Origin: Eledone cirrhosa
Lineage: Eukaryota
Assembly: GCA_964016885.1 (NCBI GenBank)
Contig: OZ024746.1
Span: 95,542,001 to 95,606,000, forward strand
Length of the DNA stretch: 64,000 bases
Reading direction: 5' to 3'
Shown: piece by piece, positions 51,571-64,000 of the stretch
Position numbering within the stretch: the first letter of the stretch is position 1
Layout: each line of letters starts with the position of its first letter
Made by a program: the position numbers and the translations under genes
The notes under the pieces: generated by a model
What the model was told of the DNA's origin: nothing
Databases searched by the model: none
What the model saw: the letters and a program-made list of their open reading frames with translations, nothing else

Positions 51571-51668
51571 AAGATTCTTTGAGTTCTTTAACTCTTTTGT
51601 TACTCTTCCTAATCAAAGACATTGTCCATGATTTTTAAATAATTTTCAAAATAATCATGAATTTAGAG

Positions 51669-53357
51669 CAATCATGGGCAAACTGTGACTTGTTTGGCTT
51701 TCTGAATGGCACATCTAATTTCAAAATTGCCTTGAATTTTTCAGTATTGCAGACTGCCTTATGATGAGCTATATCCTATGTGCCCCACCTTATGATGATC
51801 CACATCCTATGTGCCCCACCTTATGATGAGCTATATCCTATGTGCCACACCTTATGATGAGCCACATCCTATGTGCCCCACCTTATGATGAGCTATATCC
51901 TATGTGCCCCACCTTATGATGATCCACATCCTATGTGCCCCACCTTATGATGAGCTATATCCTATGTGCCCCACCTTATGATGATCCACATCCTATGTGC
52001 CCCACCTTATGATGAGCTATATCCTATGTGCCCCACCTTATGATGAGCCACATCCTATGTGCCCCACCTTATGATGAGCTATATCCTATGTGCCCCACCT
52101 TATGATGAGCTATATCCTATGTGGTCCACCTTATGATGAGCTATATCCTATGTGCCCCACCTTATGATGATCCACATCCTATGTGCCCCACCTTATGATG
52201 AGCTATATCCTATGTGCCCCACCTTATGATGAGCCACATCCTATGTGCCCCACCTTATGATGAGCTATATCCTATGTGCCCCACCTTATGATGATCCACA
52301 TCCTATGTGGCCACCTTATGATGATCCACATCCTATGTGGTCCACCCTATGATAAGCCACATCCTATGTGGTCCACCTTATGATGAGCCACATCCTATGT
52401 GGTCCACCTTATGATGAGTCACACCCTATGTGGCCCACCTTATGAGCCACATCCTATGTGGTCCACCTTAAGATGAGCCACATCCTATGTGGTCCACCTT
52501 ATGATGAGCCACATCCTATGTGGTCCACCTTATGATGAGTCACATCCTATGTGGCCCACCTTATGATGAGCCACATCCTATGTGGCCACCTTATGATAAG
52601 CCACATCCTATGTGGTCCACCCTATGATGATCCACATCCTATGTGGTCCACCTTATGATGAGTCACATCCTATGTGGCCCACCTTATGATGAGTCACATC
52701 CTATGTGGTCCACCTTATGATGAGTCACATCCTATGTGGTCCACCTTATGATGAGTCACATCCTATGTGGTCCACCTTATGATGAGTCACATCCTATGTG
52801 GCCACCTTATGATGAGCCACATCCTATGTGGTCCACCTTATGATGAGTCACATCCTATGTGGCCCACCTTATGATGAGGCACATCCTATGTGGTCCACCT
52901 TATGATGAGTCACATCCTATGTGGTCCACCTTATGATGAGTCACATCCTATGTGGTCCACCTTATGATGAGGCACATCCTATGTGGTCCACCTTATGATG
53001 AGTCACATCCTATGTGGTCCATCTTATGATGAGTCACATCCTATGTGGTCCACCTTATGATGAGTCACATCCTATGTGGTCCACCTTATGATGGGTCACA
53101 TCCTATGTGGTCCACTTTATGATGAGCCACATCCTATGTGGCCCACCTTATGATGAGTCACATCCAATGTGGTCCACCTTATGATGAGCCACATCCTATG
53201 TGGTCCACCTTATAATGAGCCACATCTTATGTGGTCCACCTTATGATGAGTCACATCCTATGTGGTCCACCTTATGATGAGTCACATCCTATGTGGTCCA
53301 CCTTATGATGAGCCACATCCTATGTGCCCCACCTTATGATGAGCCACATCCTATGCA
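51669..53357. repeat. hAT MITE left end followed by ~51 units of the 31-bp satellite
   Basis: CAATCATGGGCAAACTGTG..AATTTCAAAATTGCCTTGAA, then CCACCTTATGATGAGCCACATCCTATGTG(G/C) units, opposite in orientation to 36864-37994. The right end is missing. Confidence 0.9.
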
Positions 53358-53419
53358 ATAATATATATAGAATAATATAAATGCTAAAGGCTAGAGGGAT
53401 TTAATAATATAACTAATTT

Positions 53420-54480
53420 TCATGAACAGGATTGACCTGTGCACCTGGGTTGAAAGTTGTATCTGGACTGGTGAGTGTAGCATCAGTCGGCTGATATTTG
53501 CAGACTATATCATGCTACTTAACTCATTGAAAGGTGATCTCTTACATGCATTGTATAGGTTTGCTGCCAATAGCTGCATAGCAGGAATGAAAATCAGTGC
53601 TGCGAAGATTGAGACACTTGTCCTCACAAGAAAGCCTACTCAGTGTACTCTGCATGTGAGTGGAGTTACATTGAAGCAGATAGAGAAGTTCAAACATCTA
53701 GGGGCTGTGTTCACGAGTGATGGAAGTCAGGAGGCTGAATTAAGTGTATGGTGGAGGGTGAACACAGTACAGGGTGACCATAAAAACACACCAGCTACGT
53801 TGTTGTGGAGTGAACGCCATCTTGAATTACACTGCCATCTAGCAGGTTGAGTTAATTCTTCTAATGAGGAACGAAACTTTGTTAGTTTAAGTAACTGTAG
53901 CAACCAATATTGTAAGGATATTCATTTAAGTTTTGATATTATAAGTATTTGAAATCAAGGAGTGTCACCCTGTATTGCACTAGCTTCAGCACTCAGTAAT
54001 CAGAAGGGAAGTAGGTGTGAAAGCCAAACTCGCTATCTTCAATTCAGTGTTCATGTCAACCTTTACTTATGGTCATGAATCTTGACTGAAAGATGATTAC
54101 ATATACAAGAGGCGAAAATGGGATTCCTCCAAAGCATGATGTTACTTGAGGGGGTGTGTAGCTCGGAGAGAAGGAAGTTGTTTGATGGAGTGCTGCTACT
54201 TTTTTGAATAAACAGATCACAGCTATGGTACTGTGGACATGTGGTTAGAATATCTAAGAAAAGAATAGCTGGACACATTTTATGGGCAAAGCCATCTAAC
54301 AGTAAGCCCAGAGGTAGGCCATGAGCAAGATGGTTGGATAACATCTATGAGCGTGGTTGGTCTCGCTTGGGAATCTAGCTAGATCATATGGAGGCAGTTG
54401 CTTCTGATAGGACCCTTTGGAAGGCATTTCTAAGAACTCTGCCCTGCAACCCCCTCAAGAATAAGTGGGCAAAGAAGAAC
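53420..54480 (+). mobile_element. RTE (Expander-like) LINE fragment interrupted by a Tc1/mariner-type MITE (53770-53972)
   Basis: SRLIFADYIMLL..GMKISAAKIETLVL..EKFKHLGAVFTSDG; insert TA|CAGGGTGAC...GTCACCCTG|TA. Confidence 0.8.
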
Positions 54481-54675
54481 TTTTTCATTATTTATTTTGT
54501 TTGGAGCATAATTTAACATAAATTATGCTCTAAACACAAGTATAATCTGACATAAAATTATGAAAGGTTTTAAGATAAATATAAACAGTTTTGTATTGTA
54601 GAACCAGGGTTGGTTTCAGGTGGTTTGGTAAAGTTTAATAGCTTCTCTTAAATCGGTTTTATGTTGTTTCCACAG

Positions 54676-54723
54676 GTAAAAAGGCAACTTCAGTTCATTC
54701 AATTTCAGAAAACTTTACGTCAA
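54676..54723 (+). CDS. CENP-U-like gene, coding exon 8
   Basis: tttccacag|VKRQLQFIQFQKTLRQ|gtaagt (phase 0/0). Confidence 0.75.
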
Positions 54724-55832
54724 GTAAGTATGATTTATTTACTCTTTTATTAACTTCAATGAAGGCATGTAGCTTAGTGGTTTGGATGTTTGGCCAATGT
54801 GAGTTTGCCCTTGAGCAAGACAGATTATTTCATGTTGCTCCAGTCTACTCAGCTGGAAAATATGAGTTGTATCTGTAAATCAAAGGCCCAACCTTGTCAC
54901 GTAGTGTGTCATGCTGAATCTCCCTGAGAATTATGTTAGTACACATTTCTGCTATGCAGTGAAGATGCTTAGTGATTGCAGGAAATTATTATATATTTGA
55001 TTATACAAATATATCATCATCATCATCATCATCATCACCGTTTAACGTCCATGTTCCACGCTTGCATGGGTTTGGATATATATATATATATAAACTGTGA
55101 TCCTTCAAAGTTCAGTAATGTGTTTTGCTGACGTTTGCACCCTAGTGGGCCTTACTGGTAGCTCATGTTCATCATTATCATCATCATCATCGTTTAGAGT
55201 CCATTTTCCATGCTAGCATGGGTTAGACAGGTTGTCCCATTAGAGGCTAGTTTGGTCAGGTGTCCATGTCTTGCTCATATAAGACTATTTCTGGCTAAAT
55301 TTCTACAGATTGATGCCCTGCACACAAATCTATAAAACTCATGCAGACACCTACTCTCAAGTCTCAAATAACCCCCACCCACCCTTCTTATTAACATTTC
55401 AGACCCCACCCCCCACCCTGCCACTACTGATTAGATTTTGCTAATCTATCGCTGAAGCTCACGGAGGAGATGACGAAGGACCGTGATGAATGGAGAGATG
55501 CTGTGCTGAATAGGACCTGTCCCACCCTTGCAAGCAGGGAAAGGCGGACGTAAAATGATGAAAGCATTCCAGCGACAATTTTCTTTATACATTAAAAAAC
55601 ATTATACATGACAAAGAAAGTACATTACTAGAAATCCCATATGTTATAAAATAAATAGGATGGGTTTGGGTCTCAATATGTAAACTAAACTCCATCGCTG
55701 GCGGCTCCATGCCAGTTCTTTTGTATCCTCCAAGGTAATGTCGAGCCTCAGGAGATCTTCCTTGATGATATCTAGCCATCTGCTGCAGGGTCTCTTCCAG
55801 CCCACAGTCCCACCCTAAATGATAAAGACATG

Positions 55833-55970
55833 GAGGCACATGGCTTAGTGGTTAGAGCTTTGCAATCGAAAGGTTGTGAGTTCAATTCTCAGACCGGGTG
55901 ATGTGTTGTTTCCTTGAGCAAGACACTTTATTTCACATTGCTCCAGTTTACTCAGCTGTAGAAATGAGAT
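55833..55970 (+). mobile_element. Second tRNA-derived SINE family (CORE/V-like central segment)
   Basis: TGGCTTAGTGGTTAGAGC (A box), GAGTTCAATTC (B box), CCTTGAGCAAGACACTTTA. Related copies at 54762-54950 and 31070-31190 (minus). Confidence 0.7.
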
Positions 55971-56164
55971 GATAGGGACCCCAGTCCCTATCATTCCACT
56001 GTAAAGTGGTCGTGGAGGTGCCACGGCAAAAAAGCACCCAGCACTCACTGTAAATGAGGTTGGTGTTAGGAAGGGCATCCAGCTGTAGAAATCAAGCCAC
56101 AATCAGTTCCCGTCCCACCCTTGCAAGCAGGGAAAAGTGGACGTAAAATGATGATGATGATGAT

Positions 56165-56440
56165 TACTGCAGAGAATAGCCAAAGACACCTGCTGCAATA
56201 GCCACCCCACCTCATGGGGCTCCTTCCTCAAGTGGGCTCCGATTTTATGGAGGAAATCAGCATTGCAGGGACCGAAGACTCCAGAGGTTTCAACAGAGAC
56301 CAGTATAAAGAGGAAGCTGTCAGTCAGGCCCCGGTATTTAACTACCTCCCTTTCCTCTAGGGGCAGTAGAGTCTGGGTTTGTGACCGAAGTGACATGGTT
56401 GGAGGTGGTGAATGAGTCGCATCATGTCACCTCCAAGTAT
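56165..56440 (-). mobile_element. CRE-like (restriction-like endonuclease) non-LTR element 3' fragment
   Basis: VKYRGLTDSFLFILVSVETSGVFGPCNADFLHKIG..EVGWLLQQVSLAILCSN matches the KY..L..F.P...ET.G..G..A..FL..G...L.QR.S.A..RGN pattern. Confidence 0.65.
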
Positions 56441-56441
56441 C

Positions 56442-56785
56442 TTCATCATCATCATCATCATCATCATCATTTAACATCTGTTTTTCCCTGATAGCAAAGG
56501 TGGTGAAGGTGGTGGTGATAATAGTATTAGTAGTAGTAGTGATGATGGTGGTGGTGTTGGTGGTGATAGTGGTAGTGGTGGTAGTAGTATTAGTAGTAGT
56601 AGTGATGATGGTGGTGGTGTTGGTGGTGATAGTGGTAGTGGTGGTAGTAGTATTAGTAGTAGTAGTGATGATGCTGTTGGTGATGGTGGTAATGGTGGTA
56701 GTAGTATTAGTAGTAGTAGTGATGATGCTGTTGGTGGTGGTGGTGGTAGTGATGATGCTGTCGGCAGTGATGATGATGATGATAT
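56442..56785. repeat. Trinucleotide microsatellite mosaic (CAT, GTG/GTA/GAT)
   Basis: Source of the poly-T and poly-V ORFs. Confidence 0.9.
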
Positions 56786-56847
56786 CTCTTATCATACCAG
56801 TAATACCATATCAATAATTAGGAACCAATATATGTTTTGTTTTGCAG

Positions 56848-56909
56848 AAATCCCAGGAAGTAAAATCTCTTCAGAGGAGATATTATGAACTGAAGGTATC
56901 TCACAACAA
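56848..56909 (+). CDS. CENP-U-like gene, coding exon 9
   Basis: ttttgcag|KSQEVKSLQRRYYELKVSHN + AA|gtaagg (phase 0/2). Confidence 0.8.
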
Positions 56910-57092
56910 GTAAGGTTTTATTTTACTGTATAATCAGACAGGGGACCATGTTCAGATCCTCCATGGCTGGTCGGAGGGAGGAGGAAGTGATGATGAAATG
57001 GTGGTGGAGGAGATTTTACAAAGACATTGACAAATTACTAATTTAACTATTTAATTAATTGAATTGTTATTTTCAAATAAATAAATATATGA

Positions 57093-57594
57093 GAAAAGCA
57101 CCCAGTCCACACTGTAAAGTGGTCATGTAGGTGTCACAACAAAGAGCACCCAGTCCACACTGTAAAGTGGTCATGTAGGTGTCACAACAAAGAGCACCCA
57201 GTCCACACTGTAAAGTGGTCATGTAGGTGTCATGACAAAAAGCACCCAGTCCACACTGTAAAGTGGTCGTGTAGGTGTCACAACAAAGAGCACCCAGTCC
57301 ACACTGTAAAGTGCTCATATAGGTGTTACAACCAAAAGCACCCAGTCAACACTGTAAAGTGGTAGTTAGGTGTCACAACCAAAAGCACCCAGTCCACACT
57401 GTAAAGTGGTCATGTAGGTCTCACAACAAAGAACACCCAGTCCACACTGTAATGTGGTCGTATAGGTGTCACAACAAAAAGCACTCAGCCTACACTGTAA
57501 AGTGGTTGTGTAGGTGACATTACAAACAGCATCCAGTCCAAACTGTAAAGTAGTTATGTAGGTGTCACAACAAAAAGCACCCAATCCTGTAAAG
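57093..57594 (+). repeat. 48-bp SINE-derived minisatellite (~10 units)
   Basis: Same unit family as 44773-45745; more diverged toward the right end. Confidence 0.9.
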
Positions 57595-58199
57595 CAGGGT
57601 TGGATTTAATGAAAAGCAAAGGGGGCAATTGCCCTGCCCGCGCCCATGGGGTCCCACCAGCGATGGCCGTAGCAATTTATTCATGCCATCTGCTGGGCTT
57701 TTTAGTTTATTCCTTTGACAACATCTTTAGTACTAGTGCCACAATAAAATACCCTCAATCCATCCTGTAAATTGTTAGTGTTGGTACCTTGATAGACTAT
57801 ACCTAGTCAACTGTGTAAAGTGGTTGTGCTGGTATCACAAAACAATATACCCAGTAAACACTGTAAAGTGGTTATGTTAGGAAGGACACCCAGCCATAGA
57901 AACCATGCCAAATATGTAATGTATGAGCAAGATGAGGTCACTCCAATATATCTGGTCTCGGACTGTGACAACCTGTCTAACACATGCCAGTGTGGAAAGT
58001 GGACGTTTTAGTTTTAGGACCGTTAGATTTTTTTTATTTGATACCTGTATGTGTAACATTTTAATTCTAACTATTTGTGCTAAGCCAAAACTTTGATAGG
58101 TAAAATTGGCGGTTTGCTGTGTACTCTAATTTTTTATGTATGTGGAACTCCTCTAAACATGAAGTTCCCTGGGCCCTCCAAGGTCTAAATCTGGCTCTG
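57595..58199. mobile_element. hAT-type MITE
   Basis: TIR CAGGGTTGGATTTA / TAAATCTGGCTCTG; flanks CTGTAAAG / CTGCAAGG. Contains a nested SINE-like segment. Confidence 0.65.
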
Positions 58200-58559
58200 C
58201 TGCAAGGTTCAGCATTTTAAAATCATATCTAACCATTTCTGCCCAGTTTTTCTCAGTTTTCCTCAACTACAGCTTCCTTCAGCTGGCAACAACTGGCACT
58301 TCTTCACCCAAAATTCATCATCCATATACATAACATGTCCGTACCAGTGAAGTCTTCTCTCTTGTACACTACAATTGATTCTGCTTATCCTCAGTTTTTC
58401 TCTCTGCTCATTGATGCTTCACTGTTCATGCTCATAAATAAACATCACACATCCATTGAATCAAGCTCAAACTCACTTCTTTTTTCACCAAAATTCACAT
58501 ATCCTTTGCCTTTACTGTGTGTTACTATCCATTCTTTCTTATTTGTTGTTATTTGACAG

Positions 58560-58692
58560 GCTCAACAACGACTTGAATGAAATAAAGGAAAAAGAGGTAG
58601 AAGACCCGACCGAGATGTTCAATGAAATCTGTAAACAATTTTCCGATTTTAAGAAGTCACAGAATCAAGTGAAAGAAAATAGAGAACAGTGA
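58560..58692 (+). CDS. CENP-U-like gene, last coding exon
   Basis: tttgacag|G LNNDLNEIKEKEVEDPTEMFNEICKQFSDFKKSQNQVKENREQ*; the ten exons total 2820 nt = 939 aa + stop. Confidence 0.8.
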
Positions 58693-60293
58693 AGGGTATG
58701 CTCCTTTGCATGTAATCTCGGACATACGTTTACAGATTCAAAGACACCTACATGTATATAATAAAAGGAACCTACACACATACTCATGTATAAAGACACT
58801 CACACACTTGCAAAAACACCTGACATACACACATATAAAGACACTCACACACATATAAAGATGCCTACACACATGCAGACTCCTACACACGCATGCTAAC
58901 ACATAGATACACACACGCTAATATCTACACATACATGTAGACACATACACACACGCACATGCTGACTCCTACACACACATGCAAACACCTACACACACAC
59001 ACATGGTAATATCTACACACACATACACACCACTGTAAGTATTCCACTAGTCTTTCAACAACGTAAGTGTTATTTTTCTTTCCAGTTTCTAGATTAACGT
59101 TCTTGGCACTGCAAGCGACTGAAGTCGTCAATAGAGTAATCTCCCCTTAATACATCATACAGTATCATGGAAAGCACTTCATAAAAAAGTTCAGCCTTCA
59201 GAAGGTTAACAAAAGCTTGACAAAACAGTTACATTGTGGAAGAGTCATTTCAGCCATTGAAAATACACAAAAACTGTGAAACTCAGTTTAAATTTCTCAT
59301 TTCTTTCTTGGTGTCAAAATGTTTGTGGCCTTGTTTGCAACCTGGTTAGTGGATCTGTGTCTGTGGCTAGGTAGCAAATAGTGGGTAGAAAATGTTTAAC
59401 CCTTTAGCATTTAGATTACTCTATATTTACTATTGTATTTTCACAGTAAAGGTTTTATCTCACATAATATGCTGGTGGACAAGTGTTATGGCATATCACC
59501 AGTCAACTCAGTCTTGTGTGAGGTTCAATTTCTTGTGACCCCTAACAAAATGATGGTCTGTCAACAAACAAAACAGTGGTAAATTAGTACAAACAGTTTT
59601 GTATCATAGAACTAGGGGGCAGGGTTAGGTGGTTTTATATCAAAAGGGTTAAATAGCTACTGACATGATTAAGCTGATTGTCATTTAACCCTTTAGCATT
59701 TACATTAATCTATATTTACTTTTGTATTTTCGTGGCAAAGGCTTTATCTCACATAATATCGAATCTATGAGATTTTGATATTATTTATTTTCAGAACAAT
59801 ACCTTAACATCAGTATGAGTGGCCAGTTACAGCCAGTTTGAACAGAAAGAGGTGAGAGAATTCTGGCTGGATTTGGCCGGTTTAAATGCTAAAAGGTTAA
59901 AGTGCATTTAACAGTTTTGTATGTATGTTTCTGTGTGTTTTGAATGACTAAAATAACTTTCTCACAATGTAATTGTTTAAGTTTCAAGACATCGTCTCTG
60001 ATCAAGTCATGTGCTAAACAAGCACATCTCCGAAAAGGTTTAAGTGTAAGCCTTGAAGATTAAAATTTACCCTATTGTTTTATTTAACCCTTTAGTATTT
60101 ACATTACTCTATGTATGCTATTATATTTTCACAGTAAAGGCTTTATCTCACATAATATCGAATCTATGAGATTTTGATATTATTTATTTTGAGAACAATA
60201 CTTGAACATCAGTATGAGTGGCCAATTATGGCTGGTTTGAGCAGAAAAAGGTGAGAGAATTCTGGCCGGAAACAGCCAATTTAAATGCTAAAG

Positions 60294-60773
60294 CAGTGAT
60301 TCCTAACATGGAGCATATGCCCCACAGGGGAATAATTTGAATATTCAAGGGGGACAATTTGAAAACGATGTTAATGAGAGCAGATTTCAGGTTTTACCTT
60401 ATTACTGTTACACCAAGGCAACTTTGGAACAAATTACTGTTGGAAACTCCTGTCTCACATCCTCCACATGTACATCTGGCATCACCTACACTAAGGCTGC
60501 TTTGGTAGACATTACTGTCAGAAACTCCTGTCTCACCTCCTCCACATGTTATTGTACATCTGGCATCATCTACACTAAGGCTGCTTTGGTAGACATTACT
60601 GTCAGAAACTCCTGTCTCACCTCCTCCACATGTTATTGTGCATCTGACATCACCCATACGCCAATTTGTTTACGCTTTGTAGTTGATCATCAATGTTTTT
60701 AAATCAAAGTGGGGCATAAAAATGTTTGAGATGTTGAGATGGTGCATGGGGCACAAAAGGTTGGGGGTCACTG
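60294..60773. mobile_element. hAT-type MITE nested in the TIR of a piggyBac-type MITE
   Basis: CAGTGATTCCTAAC / GTTGGGGGTCACTG with exact 8-bp TSD TGCTAAAG (60286-60293 and 60774-60781). Confidence 0.9.
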
Positions 60774-61712
60774 TGCTAAAGGGTTAAGTTCACTTAGTAT
60801 TTCATTGATATATTGTATATATTTTAACTTAAGATTTTTTTTTTTTGTATTAAATTTTCAAACTTCAGCTATTGTGATTTATTCATCATCATCACCATTT
60901 TACATCCATGTTTTCCATGCTTGCATTGATTGGACTGCTCCTTTTTTAGTATATCTCTCCATTCGTCACGGTCCTTTGTCTATCCCCTACATTTCACATC
61001 TGGCCAAGGCCTATTACCAGCTTTGCACTGTTTTACATTTCACATTTGCCTAAGACCTATTACTTGCCTTGTGAGCCTACATTTCACATCTGGCCAAGGC
61101 CTATTGTCAGCTTTGCACTGGTTTACATTTCACATCTATCTTAGGCTTGTTACCAGCTTTGCACTGGCCTATATTTCACATCTGGCCAAGGCTTACTACC
61201 AGGTTTGCATTAGCCTGATTGTAACACAGAACAATTGGAAATCCATGACTCAAACAAATATATTCTTTTACCAATGTACTATTTGTAATGTTTTTCAAGA
61301 ATCTGTCTAGATAGCTAAATTGTCTACATTGCTTGCTTGGAATCCATATTGATCACATTCAGAATCTCTTTCAGTTCATTGATCCTACCATTTTTAGAAT
61401 TTATATTAACTAAAGGAAACTGTTTTTCAGTCTGTAAGTGTAGAGCTATAACCCCTGAGGGAGTCATAGGGGTGCTGTTCTGACGGTGGGCATTTTGAAC
61501 CCGGCTGACTACAACTAATTGCTTTTAGAGAAGAGAGAGACTGATAGAGAAAAAGTGAGAAAGAGATATAGAAGAATCAACCCAAGTACTTCACTGGTAC
61601 TTTTTTTATTGACCTTGAAAGGATGAAAAGCAAAGTTTACCATGGCAAGATTTGAACATGAAGTGCAGAGAGCAAGAATGAATACTCAAAGCATTTTATC
61701 TGACATTCTAAC

Positions 61713-63575
61713 TGTGGAGCTACCGAAATAGCTTGTGAGGGGTGAATGGACGGACCTAACTTGAATCTTCACTTGAATCCAGACGGAATGTCCCTGTGCC
61801 GATATCCACATGACTTACTCTGGCCGTGAAATACAGAGCCTCTCTCGCGCTCAATCATGACATGTCTGCATTAGACCACATCCTAATGAAAGAGTAAGCG
61901 ACAGGCACACACACGCCGATGTGATGTTACTGGTTCCTCACTTCCAGTAAGACCTCCACCACACTTCTGGCACTCCTTTTTTCAGCAACCCCATATTTCT
62001 TACTCCTGGCATTCTTATTTTTTGGCAACAATGGTTTTTTTTTTTATTATTCTTTTGTTATTTTTATTTACTTCCTACGATCTTGCAAACGATATGGTGA
62101 GGAAAATGAGGAAACGTAGCGAGGCAGTCAAAGCCTTCAGTGGCCAGGGGAATGTTATCGCCTGGATGAGAAAGATTAAATTGGTTGCCACACTGCAAGG
62201 CATCGAAAATGTAGCTGGCCTCATGGCTCTCTATCTCAACGGCAATACACTAGCATTATACTTCAAAATGGATCAGTGAGACCAATTGAATGCGGAGAAG
62301 ATAGATCAACGCCTTAAGGAAGTGGTCACTGAGGGGCCTTATGCTGCTTTCGCCAAGCTAGGCAAAGTGAGATGGACAGGAAAGCAGAAATACGGCAGTT
62401 AGTTACACTAGGGGAATTCACAGGAGAGAACCTTGAAAGGGCTGTGCAGATGGTGTTTGTGAACAGTTTCCCCGAAGAAATTTCGATGAGGCTCCAACAG
62501 TCGCCAGGCAACAAGAAAATGACCACGAGCAAGCTAATTGCACAGGCCTGCACAGTAACATGATCCCTCGTGGACACGGGCTGCACAACGACATTAGTGA
62601 CCCCAGAGGTGGTTAAAAAGTGGAGCAGGATGAGTAGTGTGAGAGCAGTTGACGGGAGGAAGATTAGACAGAGATAGCAGTGAGTTGGAGATGGTGGTAC
62701 GAGGAAAGAAATTAAGGCTGTGGGCAATCGTGGGGCAGAATCAATGTGGTAATGGGCATGGATGCGATTGGTTACTTAGGAGGCATTATAGTGAGTGAGG
62801 TTAGGGTAACCTTTGGTAGTGCAGGAATGCCATGCGCTGTGAGTGTGCAACAGGAGAACGGGGAGATCCATGAAGAAAAATGTGCTGTTCACACCATACA
62901 AGACCAGGATTTCAGGGTTGTGTTTGATGTGCAGCAGTGGTACTGGAAAAGAAAGCCCCCTCCCCCATGTTGAAGTACAAAGTGAACTGCTATCAGTATA
63001 CCATGAAAGGGGGTGTTAGAAGCAAGTTTAAGGGAGAGGTGCAAAGATGGATTGAGGAGGGCATATTATTACCTTGGAAGGAGGGGATAAAGAATGGAGT
63101 GTTGCTGTTAATGGCAGTATTGCAACCAAGGTCAGACTGGTGCTGGACTCACGTGAATTGAATGAACATGTGTCATGCCACGCAGGTGGCGGGGTCCCGG
63201 ATGTCTGTGGTGAAACCTTGTGAGAGTGGAGACAAACGACAGAGGCCGCCATGATTGTTGGCTAAAAGTCGGCATATCTGCAGCTACACTTAGCTGGGAA
63301 ATTGTGGAAGTATCGGCTGGTCAGGTATGAGGGCCAGGCTTGGGTTTTGGTTGAATTCCGCACCAAAGATCATGGCGACGGTTGTCAAGGCTTTTCCGGG
63401 GAAGGACAAGGTGAGGAGGGCCACCAATTCCTACATCGACGACATCTTGGTAGATGAGACCATGGTATCGACAGCAATGGTCTGAAGCTATTTAGGAAGG
63501 TTTGGGTTAATTGTTGAAGGCAATAGAAGGAGGTGTCACACTGGGACTCAAGCTGTGAAGAGACAAGACAGGCAC
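61713..63575 (+). mobile_element. Decayed Ty3/Gypsy LTR retrotransposon (putative 5' LTR, gag, protease, RT)
   Basis: gag-like KAFSGQGNVIAWMRKIKLVA..LYLNG, protease LVDTGCTTTLV (~62566), RT YIDDILV (63432); many stops; truncated after RT. Confidence 0.8.
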
Positions 63576-63704
63576 AAATCTACTCAGCAGGATTTAAACT
63601 GAGAGAGAGTCAGAACGAATACTTCAGAGTATTCTATCCGACGTTCTAACAATTCAATTTGCCGCCTTCTGTTAGAAATTCTATTACATTATCTGTTAAC
63701 AAGA

Positions 63705-63895
63705 AGGCGGTGGATTGGCAGTATCGGTAGAGGGTTGGATGCCATGCTTTGCAGCATAGAGTTACGGCCCTTTATGATCTGAGTTGAAATCCCGTTGAGG
63801 TTAACTTTGCCTGTCATCCTTACGGGGTCGATAAAATAAAGTACCAGTAATGCACTGGGTAATTGCTGGCCTTGTGCCAAAAGTAGAAATAATTA
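63705..63895 (+). mobile_element. Full-length tRNA-derived SINE with target-site duplication
   Basis: Complete head, centre and tail; flanked by ATTATCTGTTAACAA on both sides. Confidence 0.88.
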
Positions 63896-64000
63896 TCTGT
63901 TAACAATGAAATTATTAAATTCTAAACAATACTGAATTGTCAAAATAAGAGATTACGAAAATATTCACCAACAAAAACATATAACTGTTCTAGATTTGTT

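Overview
AT-rich, repeat-dense eukaryotic genomic DNA. The SINE/RTE/microsatellite landscape suggests an octopus-type cephalopod (inference). Two intron-containing genes can be assembled by hand and point away from each other. (1) Ribosomal protein RPL36 on the minus strand: a TCT/TOP-type non-coding first exon near 25.4 kb plus three coding exons, 115 aa. (2) A 10-exon plus-strand gene (31919-58692, 939 aa, all intron phases consistent) with a long S/K/R-rich disordered region and a C-terminal coiled coil resembling the kinetochore protein CENP-U. Almost all long ORFs in the supplied track are artefacts of stop-free tandem repeats. The rest is mobile DNA: RTE-type, L1/Tx1-like and CRE-like LINE fragments, a decayed Gypsy element, a Chapaev-like transposase relic, tRNA-derived SINEs, and piggyBac-, hAT- and Tc1/mariner-type MITEs. 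The most unusual signals are several type I hammerhead-ribozyme-like motifs, some inside perfect fold-back palindromes embedded in (TA)n tracts, and minisatellites that have grown in situ from internal segments of SINEs and MITEs. All family assignments come from motif recognition; no searches were run.
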